DNA of 64,000 nucleotides from an uncultured bacterium (GTDB lineage Bacteria; Acidobacteriota; Thermoanaerobaculia; Multivoradales; JAHZIX01): NCBI GenBank assembly GCA_965368975.1, contig CBDUPA010000001.1, positions 160,001 to 224,000 of the forward strand, read 5' to 3'. Shown piece by piece: positions 37,504 to 46,189 of this stretch (position 1 is its first letter; each line of letters starts with the position of its first letter). The notes under the pieces were generated by a model. It saw only the letters and a program-made list of their open reading frames with translations, ran no database searches and was not told where the DNA came from. The position numbers and the translations under genes were made by a program.

Positions 37504-38967
37504 GTGTCAGATTCACCCCGCGGTTTCGAGCCCCACCACATGAACTGGGACGACTTCCGTCGCCATGCCCACGAGCTGGTGGACTGGATCGTCGACTACT
37601 ATGGTCGCATCGAAGACCTACCGGTCTTGTCGCGGGCCGAGCCGGGGCAGCTACGCGCCGCGCTGCCGACCGAACCACCGCGGCAAGGCGAGTCGTTCGA
37701 GGCCATGCTGCGAGACGTCGACGAGCACATCCTGCCCGGTCTCACGCACTGGCAGTCGCCGAACTTCTTCGCCTTCTTCCCGGCCAATGCCTCGGCGCCC
37801 GCCATGCTCGGTGAGTTGCTGAGCGCCGCGCTCGGCGTTCAGGGCATGCTGTGGACCACCAGTCCCGCGTGCACCGAGCTGGAGACGCACGTTCTCGACT
37901 GGCTGGTCGACATGCTCGACCTGCCCGAAGCCTTCAAGTCGACGTCGGACGGCGGTGGTGTCATCCAGGATACCGCTTCGAGTGCGACGCTCTGCGCCTT
38001 GCTGGCAGCGCGCCAGCGCGTCCAGGAAGCGGAGCCGGCGGGCAAGCCTGGTGAGGAGGCCGGCGCGCTGTCACGCATGGTCGCGTACACCTCGACGCAG
38101 GCCCACTCGAGCGTCGAGAAGGCGGCTCGCATCGCCGGGTTTCACCCCGCACACCTGCGCTCGATCGAGGTCGACGAAGCCTTCGCCCTGCGCCCAGACG
38201 TGCTGGCCGAACAGATTCGGGCCGACCTCGCCGCCGGTCTGATTCCTTGCTTCGTGTGCGCCAACCTCGGCACCACCTCGTCCGAAGCGATCGACCCGCT
38301 GCCGGCGATCGGCAAGATCTGCCACGAGTACAAGGTCTGGTTGCACGCCGATGCCGCCATGGCCGGCACTGCTGCGCTGTGTCCGGAGTTTCGGTTCGTT
38401 CACGAGGGTCTAGAGTACGTGGACAGCTACTGCTTCAACCCGCACAAGTGGATGTTCACCAACTTCGACTGCGACGCCTTCTACGTCCGCGACCGCTCCG
38501 TCTTGGTGCGCACCCTGAGCGTGCTGCCCGAGTACCTGCGCAACGCCGCCACCGAGTCCGGCAAGGTCTTTGACTACCGCGACTGGCATATCCCCCTCGG
38601 CCGCCGCTTCCGTGCGCTCAAACTGTGGTTCGTCATCCGCCACTACGGCGTCGAAGGCCTGCAAGCCCACATCCGCGAGCACGTCCGCCTGGCGCAGTGG
38701 TTCCGGGACGAAGTAGCGTCTCATTCCGACTTTGAGCTGATGGCGCCCGCCCCTCTGAATCTGGTCTGCTTCCGCCACCGCGGTAGCGACGAGGTCAACG
38801 AGCAGCTGATGAATCGCCTCAACGACAGCGGCGACCTCTACCTGACCCACACCAAGCTGTCCGGCAAGTTCACCCTCCGCCTCTGCGTCGGGCAGACCTA
38901 CACCGAAGAGCGCCACGTCCACCGGGCCTGGCGGCGGATCGTCGAGGAAGCGGACAAGCTGGGATGA
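37504..38967 (+). CDS. PLP-dependent aromatic-L-amino-acid decarboxylase (group II)
   Basis: THWQSPNFFAFF, SPACTELE, HSSVEKA, NPHKW, DYRDWHIPLGRRFRALKLW; GTG start after AGGAGA (alternative ATG 37540). Confidence 0.95.
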   Translation: MSDSPRGFEPHHMNWDDFRRHAHELVDWIVDYYGRIEDLPVLSRAEPGQLRAALPTEPPRQGESFEAMLRDVDEHILPGLTHWQSPNFFAFFPANASAPAMLGELLSAALGVQGMLWTTSPACTELETHVLDWLVDMLDLPEAFKSTSDGGGVIQDTASSATLCALLAARQRVQEAEPAGKPGEEAGALSRMVAYTSTQAHSSVEKAARIAGFHPAHLRSIEVDEAFALRPDVLAEQIRADLAAGLIPCFVCANLGTTSSEAIDPLPAIGKICHEYKVWLHADAAMAGTAALCPEFRFVHEGLEYVDSYCFNPHKWMFTNFDCDAFYVRDRSVLVRTLSVLPEYLRNAATESGKVFDYRDWHIPLGRRFRALKLWFVIRHYGVEGLQAHIREHVRLAQWFRDEVASHSDFELMAPAPLNLVCFRHRGSDEVNEQLMNRLNDSGDLYLTHTKLSGKFTLRLCVGQTYTEERHVHRAWRRIVEEADKLG

Positions 38968-39299
38968 AGAACAATCTGTTCGCCGGCATCCCTGAAAGCT
39001 TGCCGGAAGAGCTGACAGAAGACCTGCTACGTTGCGATGGCGTGCGCATCGAACGGATCGTTTCGCGTGGTCATGCGTCACCGCCGGACTTCTGGTACGA
39101 CCAAGACGAAGACGAGTGGGTGATGGTGGTGCAGGGACGGGCGGGGCTGGAATTCGACAATGAGACTGGGGAGAGGGAGGTCGAGATGGGGCCGGGCAAC
39201 TACGTCTTCATCCCGGCGCATCGGCGTCATCGCGTCGCGTGGACGGCGGAGGGAGAGGACACGGTCTGGTTGGCGGTGTTCCTGTCTAGTCCTGGCTAG
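38964..39299 (+). CDS. Cupin-domain protein
   Basis: RIERIVSRGH..WYDQDEDEWV..IPAHRRHRVAWT. Confidence 0.9.
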   Translation: MKNNLFAGIPESLPEELTEDLLRCDGVRIERIVSRGHASPPDFWYDQDEDEWVMVVQGRAGLEFDNETGEREVEMGPGNYVFIPAHRRHRVAWTAEGEDTVWLAVFLSSPG

Positions 39300-39895
39300 T
39301 CCTTGACTGCGGCCACTCGCTGTTCAAATTCCTCCAGCATGTCGCGATCATCAGGACCATAGCCGCGAGCTGAGATCAGTTCCAACAATCTTCGTGCCGT
39401 TCCAATGTCATCACTCGATGCGTAGCGGAGCAGCACGTCAATATCTGCTAGGTCAATCGGGCGACTGGCCAGAGTCTTTAGAGCTAGCAAAGGACCGATC
39501 TGGCAGACGGGCACGGTCAAGCCTGGCATGGCCTGCAACTCTTCAGCAGACTCCACGACCTCCGGCTCAATTCCCGAGAAAGCGAACATCAAGTCGACAA
39601 TGATCTCTTCTTCTTGGGCTCGTGGTGGAATCAAGCGAACTGCTGCTAATCTGTCGTTGTCATTTCGATCGAGCTGCCCATAGGGCCGGACTTGATATCC
39701 GAAGTCATGCAGGAAGTGCCGTGTCAGTGCTTCCGCCTCGCCGTCTCCTGAGACGAGAATCGCAGCATCGACATCTCGAGTCGTGCGAGCTTCGCCTCGG
39801 ACGGAGACAGCTAGGCCTCCAATCAAAGCCCAACGGGCTTCAAGTGCGGTGAGATTCTCGCTCAGTCGGCGGAGTGCTTCGTGAAGTGCGTCCAC
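39296..39895 (-). CDS. AbiEii-like nucleotidyltransferase
   Basis: LIGGLAV..RTTRDVD..LALK..RPIDLADI. Confidence 0.85.
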   Translation of the reverse strand: MDALHEALRRLSENLTALEARWALIGGLAVSVRGEARTTRDVDAAILVSGDGEAEALTRHFLHDFGYQVRPYGQLDRNDNDRLAAVRLIPPRAQEEEIIVDLMFAFSGIEPEVVESAEELQAMPGLTVPVCQIGPLLALKTLASRPIDLADIDVLLRYASSDDIGTARRLLELISARGYGPDDRDMLEEFEQRVAAVKD

Positions 39896-40119
39896 CGGAA
39901 TCCTTCGCGGGGTGGGGGAGGAGGTCCTTGACTTGGCTCGAACGGTTCTTTAAACAGCCAGGCCTGTAGTCGTTGCCGGATCTGAGCCTCGTTCTCGTCT
40001 GGGTGCCGCCGCCGGAAGTTTTGCAGCATGATCTGCTTTGCAGCCTTGTGAAGTTCCAAGGCTGTGCGCATGCGAGCGATGTACTTGGGATCCCGAAGGA
40101 CGGGCTTGGTGACATCCAT
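39862..40119 (-). CDS. Small helical protein, probable antitoxin partner of the nucleotidyltransferase
   Basis: Overlaps the NTase start; RRRHPD..IRQRLQAWL; TAAAAT 7 nt before ATG. Confidence 0.65.
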   Translation of the reverse strand: MDVTKPVLRDPKYIARMRTALELHKAAKQIMLQNFRRRHPDENEAQIRQRLQAWLFKEPFEPSQGPPPPPREGFRWTHFTKHSAD

Positions 40120-40134
40120 GGTTTCTATTTTAGC

Positions 40135-40164
40135 AACGAAGTCCCCAAACTTGGGGATTTCGTT
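40135..40164. promoter_or_regulatory. 30-bp near-perfect palindrome (operator or hairpin) between divergent genes
   Basis: AACGAAGTCCCCAA-AC-TTGGGGATTTCGTT, one mismatch. Confidence 0.6.
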
Positions 40165-40247
40165 CAACCCCGCCTGTCCCGTTCCTTCTCCGAGAGGGCA
40201 CCTACAAGAGGAAGCTCCACATCCATCCATCTCTCGGAGGGCCCCCG

Positions 40248-40421
40248 ATGAAGAAAGCAGCTCGCAAGACTTTGCCCACACTCGATCTCGACCGCCTGCA
40301 GGCCGCGGTGGGTGGCGATGAAGAAGCCAGAGGCACCGGCACCACCGAAGAGCCGATGCTCAGCAACATCATGAAGAATCAGCACCAGACGGCGATGGCG
40401 ATCGTCGGCAACCTACGCTGA
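40248..40421 (+). CDS. 57-aa double-glycine-leader peptide, missed by the ORF track
   Basis: GGAGG (40236-40240) 7 nt before ATG; translates MKKAARKTLPTLDLDRLQAAVGG|DEEARGTGTTEEPMLSNIMKNQHQTAMAIVGNLR*; strong hairpin follows. Confidence 0.8.
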   Translation: MKKAARKTLPTLDLDRLQAAVGGDEEARGTGTTEEPMLSNIMKNQHQTAMAIVGNLR

Positions 40422-40432
40422 ATGTCAACCAG

Positions 40433-40490
40433 AACAGAGCAGGCAGCCCGGACGACGAGTCTCGATGTCGCGGGCTGCCTGTTCTGTTTC
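40433..40490. terminator. Long, probably bidirectional terminator hairpin
   Basis: AACAGAGCAGGCAGCCCG...CGGGCTGCCTGTTCTGTT stem between convergent genes. Confidence 0.8.
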
Positions 40491-40506
40491 TGCGGCGGGG
40501 CAATCC

Positions 40507-42990
40507 CTACTCATCCCGCAACGCGACCACCGGGTCCTGCCTTGACGCACGCCGGGCCGGGATCAGATTGGCCAGTAGGGCGACGAGGAACAGCACCAAG
40601 GTGGCACCGAGGAAGGCGATCGGGTCCAAGGGACTGACGCCGTAGAGGATGCCGGAGAGCAGATTGCCCGCGAAGGCGGCGATGGCGAGGCCGACGACGG
40701 CACCGAGGGCGACCAAGGCCAGGCCGTTGCCGAGCAGGTGGCGCACGATGTCTTTCGGGCGAGCACCCAGGGCGACGCGGATGCCCATCTCGCGCTGGCG
40801 TCGGCGGGCGGTGGTGGCGACGACGCCATAGAGACCGACGCCTGCCAGGAACAGGCCGAGGAAGGCGAAGGTACCGAGCAGCACGCTACCGGCGCGCACC
40901 GGGTAGAGCGTGACGCCGGCCAGGCCTTCGAGCGTGTCGGCTTCCAGGAAGGCGAGGTCGGGGTCGAGTTCGAGTGCGCGGCGGCGCACTACTTGCACTA
41001 GCGGCGCGGACTCGGCGGCTTGCGAGCGGACGACCAGCAAGGCGCTGGTGGTCGGCTGCTGGTGCCAGGAAAACATGACCATCGGCCTTGGCGACTCGCC
41101 GACCGCGCGCACGGCGTGGTCCTCGACGATACCGACGACCTCGACTTCTGGGCGGTTGATGTCGCCCCGACGGAAGCGGCGGCCGAGCGCGTCGCCATCG
41201 GGCCAGAAGCGGTGCGCGGCGGCCTCGGTGATCAGGGCAACGCGCGGTGCTTCGGCGACATCGCTGGCTTGCAGCGGCCGGCCGCGCAGCAACTGCAAGC
41301 CGACGGCGTCGAGATAGTGCTCGTCGACCCAGGTCACGTCGACGCCGTAGCCATCGTCGTCCGCCGTCCACTCGCGCGAGTCGGGGAACACCGAACTGGT
41401 CATCAGGTTGATCGAGAACGGCACGCGCCGGCTGATGGCGGCCGCTGCGACGCCGGGCAACGCTTCGGTCTCCTGGCGCAGGCGGTCGTAGAACTGGAGC
41501 GCTTCGTCGCTCTCGTAGCCGTGCATCGAGAGGTTGGTGCCGAGCACGGCGACGCGGGCGGGGTCGAAGCCAGCGTCGACAGCCGTGGCCGAGGACAATC
41601 CACGCAGAACCAGGGCGGCGGTCACCAGAAGCACCAGCGATACCGCGACCTGCACCACGACCAGCGCCTGGCGCGCACGTCCGGAGCCGGCACCGGAGGC
41701 ACCGAGGCTTTCCTTGAGCGCCGGCACCAGATCGGCGCGCGCGGCCTGCAGGGCCGGCACCAGTGCCGCGACCAGACCGGCCAGGAGGGTCAGGGCGGTG
41801 GTGAACAGCAGCACGCGGTTGTCGAGACCGAGTTGCAGATCGAGCGCGACGGGCAGCGGTGGCAGGTTGCCGAGGAGCGCGTTGAGCGCCAGGCGGGCGA
41901 GGCCGAGGGCCAGCAGCCCACCGACCGCGGCGACCATCAGCGTCTCGAAAACGAACAGGCGGATCAGTCGCCAGCGTCCCGAGCCGAGCGCCAGGCGTAC
42001 GGCGACCTCGCGGCGGCGGCCGACGGCGCGCGCCAGCAGCATGTTGGCGATGTTGGCGCAGGCGACCAGCAGGACCAGGGCTACCAGGCCCAGCAGTGCA
42101 GTGGCGCCGGCTTGCAGCGGGCCGTCGATGTCGGGATGGAAGCGCACCGCGGCGTCCGGGTGCACCAGCGCGGTCACGTCCTCGTGCGCCAGCGGATGCG
42201 CCTCGCCGATCGCGGCCATGGCGCCACGCATCTCGACCGTGGCCTGCTGCAGGCTGGCGCCGTCGGCCAGGCGCCCTTTCATCCACATCCAGCGATAGCC
42301 GCGCCGCTCGGTGAGTGGCATCGAGGCCTCGCGAGATTCGCCATGAATCTGGCCGACCGGGTCGATCTCGGTGAACCAGTTGGTGGGCAACCAGTACTCG
42401 ACCATACCGCCGGGATGGATGCCCGTGAAGCTGCGCGGCGCGACGCCAACCACCTGCCAGCTTTCGCCGTTGAGCCGAACCGATGTGCCGACCGTGGCCG
42501 GATCGCCACCAAGGCGCTGCTCGAAGAAGTCCCAGCTGACCACGAGCACTCGTGCCGCGCCGGGCTGGTCGTCCGTCGATGTCAACGTGCGGCCGTAGGC
42601 TGCCGGAACCCCGAGCACTTCGAAGGCCTGCCCGGACACCATCTCGCCGATGAGTAGCTGGCTGCTGCCCTCGTGCTGCAGGGTGGCCATGGCGATCGAG
42701 TAGCCGAACAGCCCCTCGAGAGCCTCCCCATCCCGCGCCGCGCGGACCATGTCGCGCAGGTCCGGCAGAGAGGTCGTCGCGTGCGTTTCTTCCGGCCATG
42801 AGGTATAGACATCGACCAACTCTTCGGGCGCCTGCACCGCCGGCGGTCGTAGCAGAACGGCGTCGACGAAGGTGAAGATCGTGACGTTGAGACCGATGCC
42901 CAGGGCCAGTGTCACGGCGGCGACGAGCACGAAGAGCGGGCTGCGGCGCAGCCGGCGGAAGGCGATCTTGAGGTCATCGAAAAGGGGCAT
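40507..42990 (-). CDS. MacB/FtsX-type duplicated orphan ABC permease (ADOP-like)
   Basis: LALGIGLNVTIF, LLVACANIANMLLARA..RRREVAVRLALG, second REMGIRVALGA..PARRA; no adjacent ATPase. Confidence 0.92.
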   Translation of the reverse strand: MPLFDDLKIAFRRLRRSPLFVLVAAVTLALGIGLNVTIFTFVDAVLLRPPAVQAPEELVDVYTSWPEETHATTSLPDLRDMVRAARDGEALEGLFGYSIAMATLQHEGSSQLLIGEMVSGQAFEVLGVPAAYGRTLTSTDDQPGAARVLVVSWDFFEQRLGGDPATVGTSVRLNGESWQVVGVAPRSFTGIHPGGMVEYWLPTNWFTEIDPVGQIHGESREASMPLTERRGYRWMWMKGRLADGASLQQATVEMRGAMAAIGEAHPLAHEDVTALVHPDAAVRFHPDIDGPLQAGATALLGLVALVLLVACANIANMLLARAVGRRREVAVRLALGSGRWRLIRLFVFETLMVAAVGGLLALGLARLALNALLGNLPPLPVALDLQLGLDNRVLLFTTALTLLAGLVAALVPALQAARADLVPALKESLGASGAGSGRARQALVVVQVAVSLVLLVTAALVLRGLSSATAVDAGFDPARVAVLGTNLSMHGYESDEALQFYDRLRQETEALPGVAAAAISRRVPFSINLMTSSVFPDSREWTADDDGYGVDVTWVDEHYLDAVGLQLLRGRPLQASDVAEAPRVALITEAAAHRFWPDGDALGRRFRRGDINRPEVEVVGIVEDHAVRAVGESPRPMVMFSWHQQPTTSALLVVRSQAAESAPLVQVVRRRALELDPDLAFLEADTLEGLAGVTLYPVRAGSVLLGTFAFLGLFLAGVGLYGVVATTARRRQREMGIRVALGARPKDIVRHLLGNGLALVALGAVVGLAIAAFAGNLLSGILYGVSPLDPIAFLGATLVLFLVALLANLIPARRASRQDPVVALRDE

Positions 42991-43148
42991 GGGTCGTCTC
43001 CTCGGATTGAGCTGCGGAAGGTGCAGCGGGCGTTGTCGGAGCGGCAGCCGTTGTCGAATGTACGCCGCGGGGCTCCAGCTTGTTACAGTGCTCAGCGGCC
43101 CGACACGGGAGGGGAACATCCGGCGATCGTTGCCGTAGAGGAGAAGAG

Positions 43149-44657
43149 ATGCCGAGCCAGCTGCCTAGCCGCGAGTCGATCTTCTGGATTCTGGGGTTGT
43201 GGATCCTCGGCTTCGCCTTGCTCAGTTGCGGGGGCGCGTCGACGCAGAAGGCTCTCTTGCGCCTGCAGCCGTGCGCCGATGCCCGGCTCACCGACGCCCT
43301 GTGCGGTACCTTGACCGTCGCCGAGGATCCCGACATCCCCGCGGGGCGGCAGCTAGACCTGAAGCTGATCGTGCTGCGCGCGCTCGAGGTGGGCGAAACG
43401 GTTGGCGCGAGCAAGGCGGCACCGCTGTTCTACCTCGCCGGTGGTCCCGGCGCTGCCGCGACCGGCTACGTCGGGCAGTGGAACGCGTCGCCGCTGCGCC
43501 GGCAGCGTGACCTGGTGTTCGTCGACCAGCGTGGCACTGGCGGCTCCAACCCTTTGCACTGCCCGCTGCTCGGCTTGCAGGCCGCGCTCGACTTCGCCCT
43601 CTTCACGCGCCTGCCCGAGGCAACGGCGTGCGCCGAGCGCTTGGCCGAGTCCGCCGACCTGCGCCGCTACACGACGCGCTATGCCGCTGACGACCTCGAC
43701 GCGGTGCGCGCGGCTCTGGGCTACGCGCGTATCGACCTGCTCGGCGTCTCCTACGGAACCTACACCGCCCAGGTCTACCTGCAGCGCTATCCACGGCGCG
43801 TGCGCAGCCTGGTGCTGCGGGGCGTGGTCACTCCCCAGCTGCACCTGGCGCTGCAGCTCGACGGCACGCTGGCCGCGCTCGACGCCTTGTTCGCCGACTG
43901 CCGGGCGGACGCCGACTGTCGCGCCTTGCTACCCGATCCCGCGGCGGCGCTCGAGACCGTCCGTGCCCGCGTGCGCGCCGAGCCGGCATCGGTATCGGTG
44001 CTCGATCCACGAACAGGGCAGCCGTCCTGGGTGGAGATCCGCGAAGAGCACGTTCTCGAGATCGTGCGTCTGCTGCTCTATGACGCGCGTGCGTCGAGCT
44101 CTGTGCCCGCGGACCTGGCCGCTGCGGCGGCTGGCGACCTGCAGCCGCTGGTGCAGCGCGGAGCCGGCATGGCGGCGACCGCGGTGGCGCGCCTCGCCAC
44201 GGGTTTACTGCTGGCGGTCTCCTGCGCGGAGGGAGCACCGTTCCTGCCGGGCGTCGACGCGGTGCAGGCGTCGATCGGCGAGCGGCCCTCGGCACTGGCC
44301 CTGCGCATCGAAGAGCTGCACCGTAGCTGTACTGGCTGGCCGCATGTCGGGACTTCAGAGTCCGATTCCCTGCTTCCTGCATCGCCTGCGCTCACATCGA
44401 ACGCACCCGCGCTGCTTCTCTCGGGTGCCCTCGATCCCGCGACGCCGCCGTCCGGAGCCGCCGCTCTACAGGCGCGGCTGCCTGGCAGCCGGCACCTGGT
44501 GTTGCCCGCCGTGGCGCATGCGCCCCTGGCTCCGGGCTGCGTCGAAGGGCTGATTCAGACTTTCCTCGCTTCTCCTCAGGCGGACCTGCTGGAGACCTCC
44601 TGTATCGCCGACCTTCGCCGGCCGCCCTTTCATCTGCCGGCTTCCACCGCCCCCTGA
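43149..44657 (+). CDS. Exported alpha/beta-hydrolase, TAP/tripeptidyl-aminopeptidase-like, probable lipoprotein
   Basis: LAGGPG, VDQRGTG, GVSYG, DPATP, VAH; LLSC lipobox-like. Confidence 0.88.
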   Translation: MPSQLPSRESIFWILGLWILGFALLSCGGASTQKALLRLQPCADARLTDALCGTLTVAEDPDIPAGRQLDLKLIVLRALEVGETVGASKAAPLFYLAGGPGAAATGYVGQWNASPLRRQRDLVFVDQRGTGGSNPLHCPLLGLQAALDFALFTRLPEATACAERLAESADLRRYTTRYAADDLDAVRAALGYARIDLLGVSYGTYTAQVYLQRYPRRVRSLVLRGVVTPQLHLALQLDGTLAALDALFADCRADADCRALLPDPAAALETVRARVRAEPASVSVLDPRTGQPSWVEIREEHVLEIVRLLLYDARASSSVPADLAAAAAGDLQPLVQRGAGMAATAVARLATGLLLAVSCAEGAPFLPGVDAVQASIGERPSALALRIEELHRSCTGWPHVGTSESDSLLPASPALTSNAPALLLSGALDPATPPSGAAALQARLPGSRHLVLPAVAHAPLAPGCVEGLIQTFLASPQADLLETSCIADLRRPPFHLPASTAP

Positions 44658-44673
44658 CCTGGAGATCTCGATC

Positions 44674-46188
44674 ATGGTGCACTCTTGCCTTCCTCGGATG
44701 TCTTCGTCTGCCCTCGCTGCCGCCGGAGTCCTGACGCTGCTCCTGCTGGCCGCGACAGCCATGGCCTGCGCTTCCGATGTCCGGGAGCAGAACCCGTCGC
44801 CGAAGCTCCAGTTACAGCCGTGCAGTGATGTCCGGCCCGACTCCGGGTTGGAGGCAGCGCGCTGCGGCAGCTTACGCGTGGCCGAGAACCGGGCTCATGG
44901 TTTCCAGGCTGGCGGTACGGGCCGTGAGATCGAACTCAATCTGGTCGTCCTCGACGCCCTCGGTGGCGACCCACTGCCCGATCCGATCTTCTACCTCGCT
45001 GGGGGTCCGGGAGCTGCGGCCACCGACTACGTGGGGCAGTTCCTTGCCTCTCCCTTGCGGCAGAAGCGCGACCTGGTGTTCGTCGATCAGCGCGGAACCG
45101 GCGCGTCCAACCTCCTGCAGTGCGAGTTTCCGAGTCTGCAAGACGTGCTTGACGGGGGCTTGCTATTCGAGTTCCCCGATCTCGAAAGCTGCCGCGATGA
45201 GCTGAGCCAGAACGCGGATCTACGCTTCTATACCACCAGCATCGCCATGGACGATCTCGACGACGTCCGGGCCGCGCTGGGCTACGAGCAGATCAATCTC
45301 ATCGGAGGTTCCTACGGCACTCGCGCGGCGCTGGTCTACCTGCGCCGCCATCCCGAGCGCGCGCGGACGGCGACCCTACGCGGTGTCGCATCTACCGCCT
45401 TCAACATCCCGCGCGACCTGGTCGGAACCCTGCATTCGGTGCGTGATCTGTTCGAAGATTGTAGCGCCGAGGCTCGCTGCCAGAGGGTGCTGCCGGAACC
45501 CGAGCAGGCCTTGCTGGAAATCCTGGCCCGCCTGCGCGAGCAGCCGTTGGAGATCGAGTTGGAAGATCCTCGTAGCGGTGATGCCGTGACCGTTGTGTTG
45601 CAGGAGCAGCACGTGTCCGAGATGGTACGGCTGATGCTCTACGACTCCCGCGCCGCCAGCACTCTACCGGCACTGCTGGCAGCCGCCCACAAGGGAGATC
45701 TACGCCCCCTGGCCGACGCCGGCACCCAGGCGATCGCAACGCTCCTGCCGCGCCTCAGCGCCGGCATGTTTCTCTCCGTCACCTGCGCCGAGGACGAGCC
45801 TTTCCTACCTTCCGACGAAGAAATGACGACCTCCTTTGCGGGCAATCCCTTCCGTCCGGCCAGCCGGGTCACGGCGATGCGCCGTCTGTGTGCCGTGTGG
45901 CCGCGCGCTGAACTATCGAGTGGCTTCAAGGAGCATGTCGAGTCCGACGTCCCGACCTTGCTGCTGTCCGGTGCCGTGGACCCCGTGACGTCGCCTGCAT
46001 CGGCCGAAGCAGTTCTCGCCCACCTGTCTCACGGTCGCCACTTCGTGCTTCCCGAGGTCGCGCACGGCCCCCTGGCGCCTGGCTGCGTCGAAGACCTGCT
46101 CGCTCGCTTCCTGGACACCACCAGCACCGAAGGCTTCGATCCGGCATGCCTCGCGCAGCTGGAACGGCCGTCGTTCTGGCTGGACTGA
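44674..46188 (+). CDS. Second TAP-like alpha/beta-hydrolase (tandem paralog)
   Basis: LAGGPG, VDQRGTG, GGSYG, DPVTS, VAH. Confidence 0.88.
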   Translation: MVHSCLPRMSSSALAAAGVLTLLLLAATAMACASDVREQNPSPKLQLQPCSDVRPDSGLEAARCGSLRVAENRAHGFQAGGTGREIELNLVVLDALGGDPLPDPIFYLAGGPGAAATDYVGQFLASPLRQKRDLVFVDQRGTGASNLLQCEFPSLQDVLDGGLLFEFPDLESCRDELSQNADLRFYTTSIAMDDLDDVRAALGYEQINLIGGSYGTRAALVYLRRHPERARTATLRGVASTAFNIPRDLVGTLHSVRDLFEDCSAEARCQRVLPEPEQALLEILARLREQPLEIELEDPRSGDAVTVVLQEQHVSEMVRLMLYDSRAASTLPALLAAAHKGDLRPLADAGTQAIATLLPRLSAGMFLSVTCAEDEPFLPSDEEMTTSFAGNPFRPASRVTAMRRLCAVWPRAELSSGFKEHVESDVPTLLLSGAVDPVTSPASAEAVLAHLSHGRHFVLPEVAHGPLAPGCVEDLLARFLDTTSTEGFDPACLAQLERPSFWLD

Positions 46189-46189
46189 T

